Of a DNA stretch of 64,000 bases, positions 9,545-18,209 are shown piece after piece. Origin of the DNA: a candidate division FCPU426 bacterium (GTDB lineage: Bacteria; Oederibacteriota; Muellerivitia; Muellerivitales; Muellerivitaceae); the NCBI GenBank assembly GCA_963719085.1, contig CAVRAL010000001.1:320001-384000 (forward strand). The letters run 5' to 3'. The notes below the pieces were generated by a model. It ran no database searches and was not told the origin of the DNA. It worked only from the letters and a program-made list of their open reading frames with translations. Position 1 is the first letter of the stretch; each line of letters opens with the position of its first letter. The translations under genes were made by a program, and so were the position numbers.

Positions 9545-11377
9545 ATGCCCAATCCCCACGATCCACCTGACGGCCTGCCCAAAACCTGGAAAGAGCGATT
9601 CAACTCCCTCAAAAACCTGGGGCCTTTGCTCAAGATGGTTTGGGAAACCAGCCCTTGGCTGACCGTCTCGACCCTTCTTTTAAGACTCATCGCCGCCTTT
9701 ATCCCGATCTCGACCCTTTGGATTTCCAAGCTCATCATCAATATGGTCGTTCAGGTCATCCGCCATGAGACCATCAACCAGACCCGGTTTTGGGAATTGG
9801 TGGCCTTGGATATCGTATTGGCGGTCGGGTCCGATGTGCTTTCTCGGCTCACCACGCTGGTGGATAGCCTGCTCGGGGACCGCTTTTCCAATTCCATCGA
9901 CCTAAAGCTGATGAAGCATGCGGTCTCGCTTGACCTGTCATCCTTTGAAGACCCGGCCTTTTACGACAAGATGGAACGGGCGCGGCGGCAGGGAGCCATT
10001 CGCATGGGGCTGCTGGCGTCTTTGGCGGGCATGGCCAAGCAGTTGCTCACCCTGATTACCCTGATGTCGGCGGTCATTTTGTTCTCGCCTTGGCTGCTAC
10101 TTCTTCTGGCCGCGGCCACGCTTCCGGTCTTTTTAGGCGAAACCCAGTTTGCGCTTCTGAATTACTCCATCCTTTACCAGCAAACGCCCGCCCGGCGTGA
10201 ACTGGATTACCTGCGGTTCATCGGCGCCAGTAACCACAGCGCCAAAGAAGTGAAGATATTCGGCCTGGGAAACTACCTGATGGACCGGCTGAAGGGTCTT
10301 TTCCAACGCTTCTATAACGAGAACAAAGGGCTGGCGGTTAAAAGGGCGGTGCGGGGATCGTTACTCAACCTCATCTCAACCGCCGCCTATTACACGGCTT
10401 ACGTGCTGATCCTGATCCGGGCTTTGGCCGGGCTTTTGTCGGTGGGGGATTTGACCTTGCTGACGAGCGCCTTCTCGAGGTCCCGGGACATCATGGAAAG
10501 CCTGGTTCAACAATTGGTTGATGTTTCCGAGCAAGCTCTATATGTGAAAGACCTTTTTGACTACTTCGATACCAAGCCTTCCATCATCTCCAAGCCTAAC
10601 GCTTTGCCCGTTCCCAAACCCATTCGGACTGGCTTTGAATTCCAGAACGTCCATTTCACCTATCCGGGCGCCAAGGAAGAAGTCTTCAAGGGTGTTAGCT
10701 TCAAGCTCAAGCCGGGGGAGCGCATCGCGCTGGTGGGCGAGAATGGCGCCGGTAAAACCACGCTGGTGAAGCTATTGGCCCGTCTTTATGACCCAACCGA
10801 AGGCCGCATATTGCTGGATGGCGTGGATCTTCGGGATTACAGCGCCGAAGAATTAAGGCGGGAGATCGGTGTTTTGTTCCAGGATTACGTGCGCTACGAC
10901 ATGACCGCCGGGGAAAATATCGGGTTTGGGCGTATTGAGGAACTGGGGAATCAACCGAAGATCGAGCAAGCGGCGGTCAAAAGCCTGGCCGCGCCGGTCA
11001 TTGAGAAGCTTCAAAACCGCTATCAGCAAATGTTGGGCTGGCGTTTTGACGGCGGCGCGGAGCTTTCGACCGGCCAATGGCAAAAAATCGCGCTGGGGCG
11101 GGCTTATATGCGTGACGCTCAGATCCTGATCCTGGATGAACCCACGGCGAGCCTGGACGCGAGGGCGGAGTTTGAGGTGTATCAGCGGTTTTTGGACCTC
11201 ACGGGCGGCAAAACAGCGGTTCTCATCTCGCACCGCTTCTCAACGGTACGCATGGCCGACCGGATCTTGTTTTTGGAGCAGGGAAAGCTGATTGAGGAGG
11301 GCACCCATCAGGAACTGGTAGCCCTTCGCGGCAAGTACGCCGAGCTTTTCGAGCTTCAGGCCAAGGGCTACCGCTAA
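9545..11377 (+). CDS. ABC transporter, fused permease/ATP-binding protein
   Basis: TM domain, GENGAGKT Walker A, LSTGQWQ signature, ILDEPT Walker B. Confidence 0.95.
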   Translation: MPNPHDPPDGLPKTWKERFNSLKNLGPLLKMVWETSPWLTVSTLLLRLIAAFIPISTLWISKLIINMVVQVIRHETINQTRFWELVALDIVLAVGSDVLSRLTTLVDSLLGDRFSNSIDLKLMKHAVSLDLSSFEDPAFYDKMERARRQGAIRMGLLASLAGMAKQLLTLITLMSAVILFSPWLLLLLAAATLPVFLGETQFALLNYSILYQQTPARRELDYLRFIGASNHSAKEVKIFGLGNYLMDRLKGLFQRFYNENKGLAVKRAVRGSLLNLISTAAYYTAYVLILIRALAGLLSVGDLTLLTSAFSRSRDIMESLVQQLVDVSEQALYVKDLFDYFDTKPSIISKPNALPVPKPIRTGFEFQNVHFTYPGAKEEVFKGVSFKLKPGERIALVGENGAGKTTLVKLLARLYDPTEGRILLDGVDLRDYSAEELRREIGVLFQDYVRYDMTAGENIGFGRIEELGNQPKIEQAAVKSLAAPVIEKLQNRYQQMLGWRFDGGAELSTGQWQKIALGRAYMRDAQILILDEPTASLDARAEFEVYQRFLDLTGGKTAVLISHRFSTVRMADRILFLEQGKLIEEGTHQELVALRGKYAELFELQAKGYR

Positions 11378-11382
11378 CCTTT

Positions 11383-11411
11383 TTGACTTTTGGTATTCCT
11401 GACCGGATAAT
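11383..11411 (+). promoter_or_regulatory. putative sigma-70 promoter
   Basis: TTGACT-17bp-GATAAT upstream of the NHL gene. Confidence 0.5.
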
Positions 11412-11448
11412 GGCGTTTTCCAGGTCTTTTATAGGGGTCATTTTCGAT

Positions 11449-12417
11449 ATGAGAAAACTTCTTCTTTTAACCGCTTGGCTTACCGCTGGGTTACTCACTT
11501 GGGCATGCCAAAAAAACTACAGCCTCACCCCGGTTTCCCCGGGTGGTTCCTCGGGCACCTGCTTGGGAACCCATCTATTCATCAGCCTATGGGGCCAGAC
11601 GGGTTCGGCGAATGGGCAGTTTTCCTTTCCCGCCGAGCTCGTGATCAACGGATCCGGAAACCTGTTGGTGGCGGACTTCAACAACTCCCGAATCCAGGAA
11701 TTTTCCCCCGCGGGAACCTATTTAACCCAATGGGGCGGCGCGGGAAGCGGCAATGGCCAGTTCAACGGGTCGCCGGCGGTGGCCGTGGACAACAGCGGCA
11801 ATGTCTATGTGGCGGATTATGGGAATGACCGGATTGAGAAGTTTAACAGCGGCGGAACCTACCTCACCCAATGGGGCACCGCGGGCACGGGAAACGGCCA
11901 ACTCCTAAGCCCGGATGGGCTCGCCACGGATTCCAGTGGAAACGTTTATGTCGCCGAATCGGGCAACAGCCGGGTCCAAGAATTCACTTCCGCCGGGGCC
12001 TATGTCAATCAAATGGGAAGCTACGGGACCGGCAACGGCCAATTGGAGAACCCGGCGTTCCTGGTGTTGGATTCGGGCGGAAATATCTACGTGACGGATT
12101 ACAACAATAACCGGGTGGAAGTATTTACGAACGCGGGGGCTTACAAAACGCAGTGGGGGACGCTTGGGGCGAACAACGGCCAGTTTTCAGGGCCCGGCGG
12201 TATCGCGTTTGACCATTGCGGGAACCTTTATGTGTCCGATACCGGTAACGCCCGGGTGCAGGAATTTACTTCCCAGGGGGTTTACGTGAGCCAATGGGGG
12301 ACTTCGGGAACGGGCAACGGGCAATTCACCTATCCGGCCGGGATCGCCGCGGATTCCAGCAACAATCTTTACATCTCGGACGGCCACAACAACACCATTC
12401 AAAAATTCGGGTCCTAA
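11449..12417 (+). CDS. NHL-repeat beta-propeller lipoprotein
   Basis: signal peptide with WAC lipobox-like site; six repeats of G.GNGQF..P.G.A.D..GN.YV.D..N.R.Q.F. Confidence 0.9.
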   Translation: MRKLLLLTAWLTAGLLTWACQKNYSLTPVSPGGSSGTCLGTHLFISLWGQTGSANGQFSFPAELVINGSGNLLVADFNNSRIQEFSPAGTYLTQWGGAGSGNGQFNGSPAVAVDNSGNVYVADYGNDRIEKFNSGGTYLTQWGTAGTGNGQLLSPDGLATDSSGNVYVAESGNSRVQEFTSAGAYVNQMGSYGTGNGQLENPAFLVLDSGGNIYVTDYNNNRVEVFTNAGAYKTQWGTLGANNGQFSGPGGIAFDHCGNLYVSDTGNARVQEFTSQGVYVSQWGTSGTGNGQFTYPAGIAADSSNNLYISDGHNNTIQKFGS

Positions 12418-13010
12418 ACCCCGGCCAGGGCCAACAGGCTTGGCGCCGATTTGGACGGCGAATTCCGGTCTTAGTTCCCCCGTGTTTTTAACCCCAGGCA
12501 CCTAAGTTGTTATTTATCAGACGCACCCAAGGCGCGCGAAAAAGCGGTTACTTCATCTTGGTCGAAGGCTTGACCTAAGGGAGCGAAAGCTTCTTGTTCG
12601 CGCGCGGTCTTGAAAAAAACACGTCGATTTCGCCGTTTTTGCATTTAAACCACTTTTTTTTAAATGATTTTTAGGGGTCACGACCCGGAAGACCTTCCTC
12701 GATTTTGCTAAAACACGTCTAAAATGAAAATTTTCTGGTCCGGATCAAAGCTGAAATTTTCGGTTCCGAGTGGTCGGAAAGTCGGTTGGCGGCGGTTTTG
12801 AACCGGCTCAGCGGCTTGGAATGAAGGCCCGCAGGGGCGTAAGCTGGCTTGGGGGCGGGGTTTCGCCGGTGATCCGGGAGGCGGCTTTTGAAAGACCAAT
12901 CATTTAAAGGCTTTCCCATAATTGGAACACCGAATCGGGATAGGTTGAAAAGGTCCGGAAGAATTACTTTAACCCTTCAAGCGGGTGGATTTTAAAGGCA
13001 AAGGCGGCGA

Positions 13011-13760
13011 ATGAATCCGATCGGCTCTTTAGCTTGGGCTTACCAGAACGGCGGGCGTCTAACGCTCCGGGAGCGGTTCCTTTTTATGGGTTCGGCGCTC
13101 CAAGCTGCCGTTGCCCGGCGTTGGCGCAAGCGGCTGGTCCTTTCCCCGGCGGATGACGCCCGATTGGACTTGGAAAGGCTCTCGTTTCCGGACAGCCGGC
13201 TGGTGACCGAGGTTTTCGCCCTTTGCGAAGAGGCCTATGAGCCTTGGCTTTTGAACCATTGCCTGCGTTCGTACCTGTGGGGCGGCTTGGTCAGCCAGTT
13301 GGAAGGGGTGAAGTTTGACCGGGAAGCGCAATTGGTCATCGCCCTGCTTCATGATCTGGCCTTGACCCGCGCCTACCCGGCCGAAAACCCGAAAGATTGT
13401 TTCGCGGTCCGGGGCGCGCGATTGGCGCGAAAAACCCTCGCCGATCTGGGGCATCCCGATTTAGCCTTGAGCGCCGCCGAAAGCATCGCCCTGCATTTGA
13501 ATGTTTCGGTTTCCCGCCAGGAACCTTCCGCCAGTTACCTGCTGCATCAGGGGGCGGTCATCGATGTGGTGGGCTGGGGAAGCCGCAAGGTCCGCCCCCG
13601 CAAGGACTTGGTGTTGGAAAAGCATCCCCGGTTGGGCTTCAAGAACCGCTTTACGGATGTGATCACGGAAGAAGCCCGGGGCCAAGCCCATACCCGCCTG
13701 GCTTGGTTGATCCGGTTTGGCTTTAAGGGCATGATCCAAAAAGCCCCTTACCTGGAATAA
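13011..13760 (+). CDS. HD-domain metal-dependent hydrolase (cyanamide hydratase-like)
   Basis: NHCLRSY, LLHDLAL, IALHLN motifs. Confidence 0.8.
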   Translation: MNPIGSLAWAYQNGGRLTLRERFLFMGSALQAAVARRWRKRLVLSPADDARLDLERLSFPDSRLVTEVFALCEEAYEPWLLNHCLRSYLWGGLVSQLEGVKFDREAQLVIALLHDLALTRAYPAENPKDCFAVRGARLARKTLADLGHPDLALSAAESIALHLNVSVSRQEPSASYLLHQGAVIDVVGWGSRKVRPRKDLVLEKHPRLGFKNRFTDVITEEARGQAHTRLAWLIRFGFKGMIQKAPYLE

Positions 13761-13793
13761 AAACAGGCCGGCGGGGAATCCCGCCGGCCTGTT
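13761..13793. terminator. GC-rich hairpin between convergent genes
   Basis: AACAGGCCGGCGGG-loop-CCCGCCGGCCTGTT. Confidence 0.7.
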
Positions 13794-13883
13794 AGAAGCG
13801 AAGATGAGTCTCCAAAAACCTCGACCCGGTTGTTCCAGCTGTCGCGGACATAACATCGCCCGAATCAAAAGCGATAGCGGACC

Positions 13884-14291
13884 CTACAAACTATAATTCA
13901 GCTCAATCGAGCAGGTTTTGGGGGTCGCCTGGGATTTGGCGTCGCCCCGGATGCTTTTCAACTCGCCGGTTCCCGAACCGGTGATGATCGTGGATACGGA
14001 ATGGGCCTTTCCGGCCTCGTAGGCCCCTTGATCCTCCATCACGAAACTGCCCGTCCTGCCGTCGAGCTTGCCCTCGAACCGGATCAACCCCATGTATTTG
14101 GCAACAGCTTTATGAGGGTCTTTGTCGTCAAAGTCCGAATAGTACATCAGCCATTCCACGGACGCTTTTCCCTCCATAGGACCGGTAAATACGAACTCCA
14201 CTGAGGCTTTGGTCATTTTTTGATTTCCGGAAATGGACAAATAAGGTTTTTCATCCCATTTGGCGGGGGTGTAATTGGCGATGGCTCGCAT
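13884..14291 (-). CDS. DUF3224 family protein
   Basis: FEGKLDGRTGSFV, GSGTGELKSIRG motifs. Confidence 0.8.
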   Translation of the reverse strand: MRAIANYTPAKWDEKPYLSISGNQKMTKASVEFVFTGPMEGKASVEWLMYYSDFDDKDPHKAVAKYMGLIRFEGKLDGRTGSFVMEDQGAYEAGKAHSVSTIITGSGTGELKSIRGDAKSQATPKTCSIELNYSL

Positions 14292-14310
14292 AAGGCCTCC
14301 GGATTATTTT

Positions 14311-15267
14311 TTAAACCGTCTCGGCGCTGGCCTGGCTCAACTTCTCAATCGTGGCCGGGTCCAAATCCATCTGCACCCCTTCGGCCAGGTCCTTCACCTG
14401 GTCCAGGTTGGTGGCGCTGGCGATGGGGGCCGTGATGCCGGGCCGGGCCACGAGCCAGGCCAAGGCGATTTGGGCGGGGGTGGCGCTTAAGTTTTTGGCC
14501 GCCTCATCCAGGGCCTTCAAGATTCTAAATCCCCGCTCGTTCAGGTATTTTTTGATCCCTTGCCCCCGCTGGCTCTTGCCCAGGTCCGCTTCCGACCGGT
14601 ATTTGCCCGTCAAAAATCCCGAGGCCAGCGAGAAATAGGGAATGACCCCCAGGTTTCTATCCCAGCACAAGGGTTCCAGGTTCTTTTCGTAGTCGGCCCT
14701 TTCATAGAGGTTGTAGTGCGGCTGCAGGGTTTGATAGACCGGATAGTTTTTCTTCGCGCTGACCTTCAGGGCGTCCCCCAGCCGGTCGGCTTTGTAGTTC
14801 GAGGCGCCGATGATCCGCACCTTTCCTTGTTTGACGAGTTCGGAATAGGCTTCCAGGGTCTCGTCCAAACGGGTGTCCAGGTCATCTTGATGGGACTGGT
14901 AAAGGTCGATCCTGTCGGTTTGCAGGCGCTTGAGGGAGTCTTCCACGGCTTTGAGGATATAAGTCCTCGAGAGGCCTTTTTTACCGTCCCCCATGTCCAT
15001 GCCGACCTTGGTGGCCAGGATGACCTTGTCCCTTTTGCCGCTTTGCTTGAGCCAATTGCCGATGATGGTTTCGGACTCGCCCCCCTGGTGGCCCGGAATC
15101 CATCGGGAATAGACATCGGCCGTGTCGATCAGGTTGAATCCGGCGTCCACGAAGGAGTCCAAGATTTTGAAAGAAGTGGGTTCGTCGATGGTCCAGCCGA
15201 AAACATTGCCGCCAAAGGCCCAGGGCGCCACCTCAATCCCTGAATTTCCCAGTTTGCGCATTTCCAT
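14311..15267 (-). CDS. aldo/keto reductase
   Basis: IDTADVY, ATKVG, SLKRLQTDRIDLYQSH, GKVRIIGASN. Confidence 0.95.
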   Translation of the reverse strand: MEMRKLGNSGIEVAPWAFGGNVFGWTIDEPTSFKILDSFVDAGFNLIDTADVYSRWIPGHQGGESETIIGNWLKQSGKRDKVILATKVGMDMGDGKKGLSRTYILKAVEDSLKRLQTDRIDLYQSHQDDLDTRLDETLEAYSELVKQGKVRIIGASNYKADRLGDALKVSAKKNYPVYQTLQPHYNLYERADYEKNLEPLCWDRNLGVIPYFSLASGFLTGKYRSEADLGKSQRGQGIKKYLNERGFRILKALDEAAKNLSATPAQIALAWLVARPGITAPIASATNLDQVKDLAEGVQMDLDPATIEKLSQASAETV

Positions 15268-15393
15268 GGAAGGTCTCCTTCAACTTGTTCTTCCGTGAAT
15301 TTTGAGCCTTGAGCCGGCCCAATCGCAAGAGCGGGCGGAAAAAAATCCGCCGGTCTTTGAGGATTAAGACCTTCTAACAAAGTTAAAAGGCAA

Positions 15394-15567
15394 TTGAGCA
15401 ATGATGCCCCGGGACCCCATTGAAGGAGTCAAGGAGGCCCGGGACAATACCGCTCTCTCTTGACTCCTTTATGGAAGAGCGGCGCGGACGCAGATAAACG
15501 CCGATTTATGATAAACATGGGATTAGGCAGCTTTTTATCGGCGTTCATCCGCATTTATCATTGTTAA
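15394..15567. repeat. palindrome family B, left arm interrupted
   Basis: GCAATGAT[insert]GGACGCAGATAAACGCCGAT ... ATCGGCGTTCATCCGCATTTATCATTGT. Confidence 0.85.
15406..15485 (+). mobile_element. two-hairpin CGGGACA mini-element, copy 2 (subtype II)
   Basis: GCCCCGGG...CCCGGGACAAT-CCGCTCT...AGAGCGGCGC. Confidence 0.85.
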
Positions 15568-15587
15568 ATTGGTTTTTGTTAGAGGCT

Positions 15588-16334
15588 CTAAGGCTGCGCG
15601 GCGAGGGGAGCGGTCGCCAAGCTGAGCAGGGACAGGGTCAGCACCAGGAAAACATATTGGAAAAGGCCCACATTGTCGGCCTCGTCCGGGACTTGCCGGC
15701 GAAAGGCCTGGAAGAGGGCAAAGCCCAACAGCGCTAAAAGCAGATATTCCCGGGTCAAGGTCAGCGCCAAGCCGATGCCGGCGACGGCAAGCCAGCGTTG
15801 GGGCCGGTTGAGCGAATGAAAGCCCCGTCCGCCGTCCAACTGCCAAAAGGGAATGAGGTTGAACAGATTGATCCAGGCCCCGGTATGGGCGATGGCGGAC
15901 CAGATGCCGTATTGGGTAAAAAGATAAGCCGCCCAGGCGGCGACAGCGGCCCCTAATCCCCAAAAGGGACCGGCGAGCCCGACTCGGGCGTCTTGGATGG
16001 GATTGGAAAAGGATTGCTGGACCCGGATGAAGGCGCCGACGAAAGGAATAAAAAGGGGGGCGGTGGCCTCGATGCCGTAGCTTCGCAGTTTGGCCACGTG
16101 GCCCATCTCATGGATATAAATGGAAAGCACGAAACCCAAGGCGAAAGGCCAGCCCCATTGGTGCCAATAAACGCCGAAAAACAAAAGCATGGATAAAAGT
16201 GTTTTGATTTTAAGAAGGCCCAGCAACAAAAACTTAAATTTGGCGAAGAGCAGGGCCAAGACCGCCAGGATGCTCCATCGGCCTGAGGTGTTTTTCGGTT
16301 TTTGGGAGGGAGTCAGGTCAAATTCGTCGCTCAT
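15588..16334 (-). CDS. site-2 protease (peptidase M50) family protein
   Basis: HEMGH zinc motif, LAGP, FNLIPFWQLDGGR. Confidence 0.9.
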   Translation of the reverse strand: MSDEFDLTPSQKPKNTSGRWSILAVLALLFAKFKFLLLGLLKIKTLLSMLLFFGVYWHQWGWPFALGFVLSIYIHEMGHVAKLRSYGIEATAPLFIPFVGAFIRVQQSFSNPIQDARVGLAGPFWGLGAAVAAWAAYLFTQYGIWSAIAHTGAWINLFNLIPFWQLDGGRGFHSLNRPQRWLAVAGIGLALTLTREYLLLALLGFALFQAFRRQVPDEADNVGLFQYVFLVLTLSLLSLATAPLAAQP

Positions 16335-16354
16335 GCGATTCCTTTTGAAATCAG

Positions 16355-17230
16355 TTAGGGTTTTGGCGGGAAGGGAACCAGTTCCCGGCCGCAGTCCCCG
16401 CACCGGCCTTCGGCGATGACATATTCTATATCACATCTTTGGCAATAGCTCAGGTGGGCGGGCGCGGAAGGCGCGGGCGGCTTCAAAAGATCGGCCGTGT
16501 CCATGCTTAAGTCTTTCAACCACTGGGCCAGCGCTTTTGCCTCGCCGATGGCCGTCGATTCGAGCCATAGGGATTCTTCCGGCCCGCGCGCGGCGGGATA
16601 GCGCAAACGAAGCATCCAGCCGCGGGCCAATCCCCCAAAGGCGGCCTCGTCCAAAAATAATTTCGCCGCGACCAGGGGATGAAAAGCTTTGAGCAGATCA
16701 TCCCCCAAAAGGTCGGCCGACCGGGAAGACTGCCAAGGCGATACCAGGCAGAGGATCGTTCTTTTGATTCGGATCTTTTTTTCGCCGGGGTAGAGCGCGC
16801 GGTGCGCCCGCCCAAAGGCGGCCGTGACGGCCAAGTGAAGCGCCAGAAAAACGCAAAGCAGGACCGCCCAAGCCAAAGGAAAACCCCGCCGGATAAAATA
16901 AAGGGTCAAGGCGGCGAGAACGACGAGCAGCAGGCCCCGGGTGAGCCAGTTTAAAATCCGGGTCTCTTGGTTAAAGGCGTCCCATCGGTTTTGGGCGTCC
17001 TGAACCGAAAGGCTGGCGGGCCCGGGGCTGGGCGCCCCCGGAACGGGGGCGGGGAAGCGGCCGGTGAAGCCCAGGGGCCAGGGATTGCGGAACCTTAACG
17101 CCGGACCTTGGATGAAAGAAAAACGCCGGAACCAAGATAGAAAGAGAATCTCCCCGGGCTTGGCCCATAAACCGCATTCGGCCAGGTAAAGTCCCAAGCC
17201 GAAAAGCAGGAACAGGTCAAGCCGGCTCAA
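16355..17230 (-). CDS. hypothetical membrane protein with C-terminal CxxC...CxxC zinc ribbon
   Basis: TM helices; YCQRC...RCGDC; operonic position. Confidence 0.7.
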   Translation of the reverse strand: MSRLDLFLLFGLGLYLAECGLWAKPGEILFLSWFRRFSFIQGPALRFRNPWPLGFTGRFPAPVPGAPSPGPASLSVQDAQNRWDAFNQETRILNWLTRGLLLVVLAALTLYFIRRGFPLAWAVLLCVFLALHLAVTAAFGRAHRALYPGEKKIRIKRTILCLVSPWQSSRSADLLGDDLLKAFHPLVAAKLFLDEAAFGGLARGWMLRLRYPAARGPEESLWLESTAIGEAKALAQWLKDLSMDTADLLKPPAPSAPAHLSYCQRCDIEYVIAEGRCGDCGRELVPFPPKP

Positions 17231-17251
17231 GGCAGGCTCCCGGTGGGATGA

Positions 17252-18130
17252 TTATTTCACCACGGAGCTTGGCGGATCCCCGTCGTCCTTTTTTCCGCCG
17301 CCGAAGAGCTTTTTGAAAAAGCCGCCGATGACCACGAAAATCACCGCGATGATTTTAAAACCCTTGGCCACCAGAAGCGCAATCAGGCCCCACAGTTTGC
17401 CGAGCAAACCGGTTTTCGCGGCCAAGGCGCCGGCCCCGCCCACCACCAGGGCGGCCAGGCCGATGTCCGCCACCTTATCGCCCGTGGTCCATTCGGCGTA
17501 TTTGTTTCCCTGGGTAAAGGTGAAATCGTTCAAGGTCTTTTCGAAGCCGGGAAGCACGGCCTCAAGGCTTCCATTGGGGTTGAGCACGACATTCATCACG
17601 CCCCGCCGCCCCAGAACGCGGGTGTTGTAGTTCACGAACTCATTACGGTCGTCCTTGATCTGGACGGCCCACTCCAACTTTTGGGTTTGGCTGTTGTACT
17701 TGGGTTTTTCGACCCATTGGACCAACTGCCATTGGGTCCATCCGTTTTCCTTGCGCTTATCGTTGGCTTTTTCATTGTTGGACTGCATGGTGCTCCACAT
17801 CTGGTCCGCGTCCAGCTTTTCGTCGGCCGCGTCCTTGATATAGCCGATGTCGTCGAAGCTGAAGAGCACCAGGTAGCCATGGCCTTTGTCCGGATTGTCC
17901 AAAACACCCAGCTCCGCGTCGGAATAAAGGTTGTGGGTCTTTTCCATGAATTCCTTCATATCATCCTTGCCGAAAAACACGCAGCCCGCGGGAATTTGGA
18001 TCTGGGCGATGTCGCCCAACTGTCCCACCGCGGGGCCCTTGATGGGATGAAGTTCGGCGCGGAGCGGAAGCGGCGCGAGGGCTAAAAACCAAAGGCAAGA
18101 TAAAACCGCGGATAAAAATTTAAAGCGCAT
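17252..18130 (-). CDS. DUF2167 domain membrane-anchored protein
   Basis: GYIKD, KLEWA, VNYNTRVLGRRGV, GDKVADIGLAALVVGG. Confidence 0.85.
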   Translation of the reverse strand: MRFKFLSAVLSCLWFLALAPLPLRAELHPIKGPAVGQLGDIAQIQIPAGCVFFGKDDMKEFMEKTHNLYSDAELGVLDNPDKGHGYLVLFSFDDIGYIKDAADEKLDADQMWSTMQSNNEKANDKRKENGWTQWQLVQWVEKPKYNSQTQKLEWAVQIKDDRNEFVNYNTRVLGRRGVMNVVLNPNGSLEAVLPGFEKTLNDFTFTQGNKYAEWTTGDKVADIGLAALVVGGAGALAAKTGLLGKLWGLIALLVAKGFKIIAVIFVVIGGFFKKLFGGGKKDDGDPPSSVVK

Positions 18131-18209
18131 AGGTCCTCCGAAAATTAAGGTGCGAACGGGGGCTAGTATAAATGGAAAAAGACGTTTGGAAAACCGCGGC
18201 TTGCAGGGA

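Larger units (their letters stand above)
15368..15588. mobile_element. putative MITE with 14-bp terminal inverted repeats and TAA target duplication
   Basis: TAA-GACCTTCTAACAAA ... TTTGTTAGAGGCTC-TAA (12/14 match). Confidence 0.5.

Noticed and set aside
12418..13010. Long intergenic region as oriC or riboswitch
   Set aside because: No DnaA-box cluster or recognisable aptamer seen by eye; short ORFs are unconvincing. An Rfam scan would be needed.
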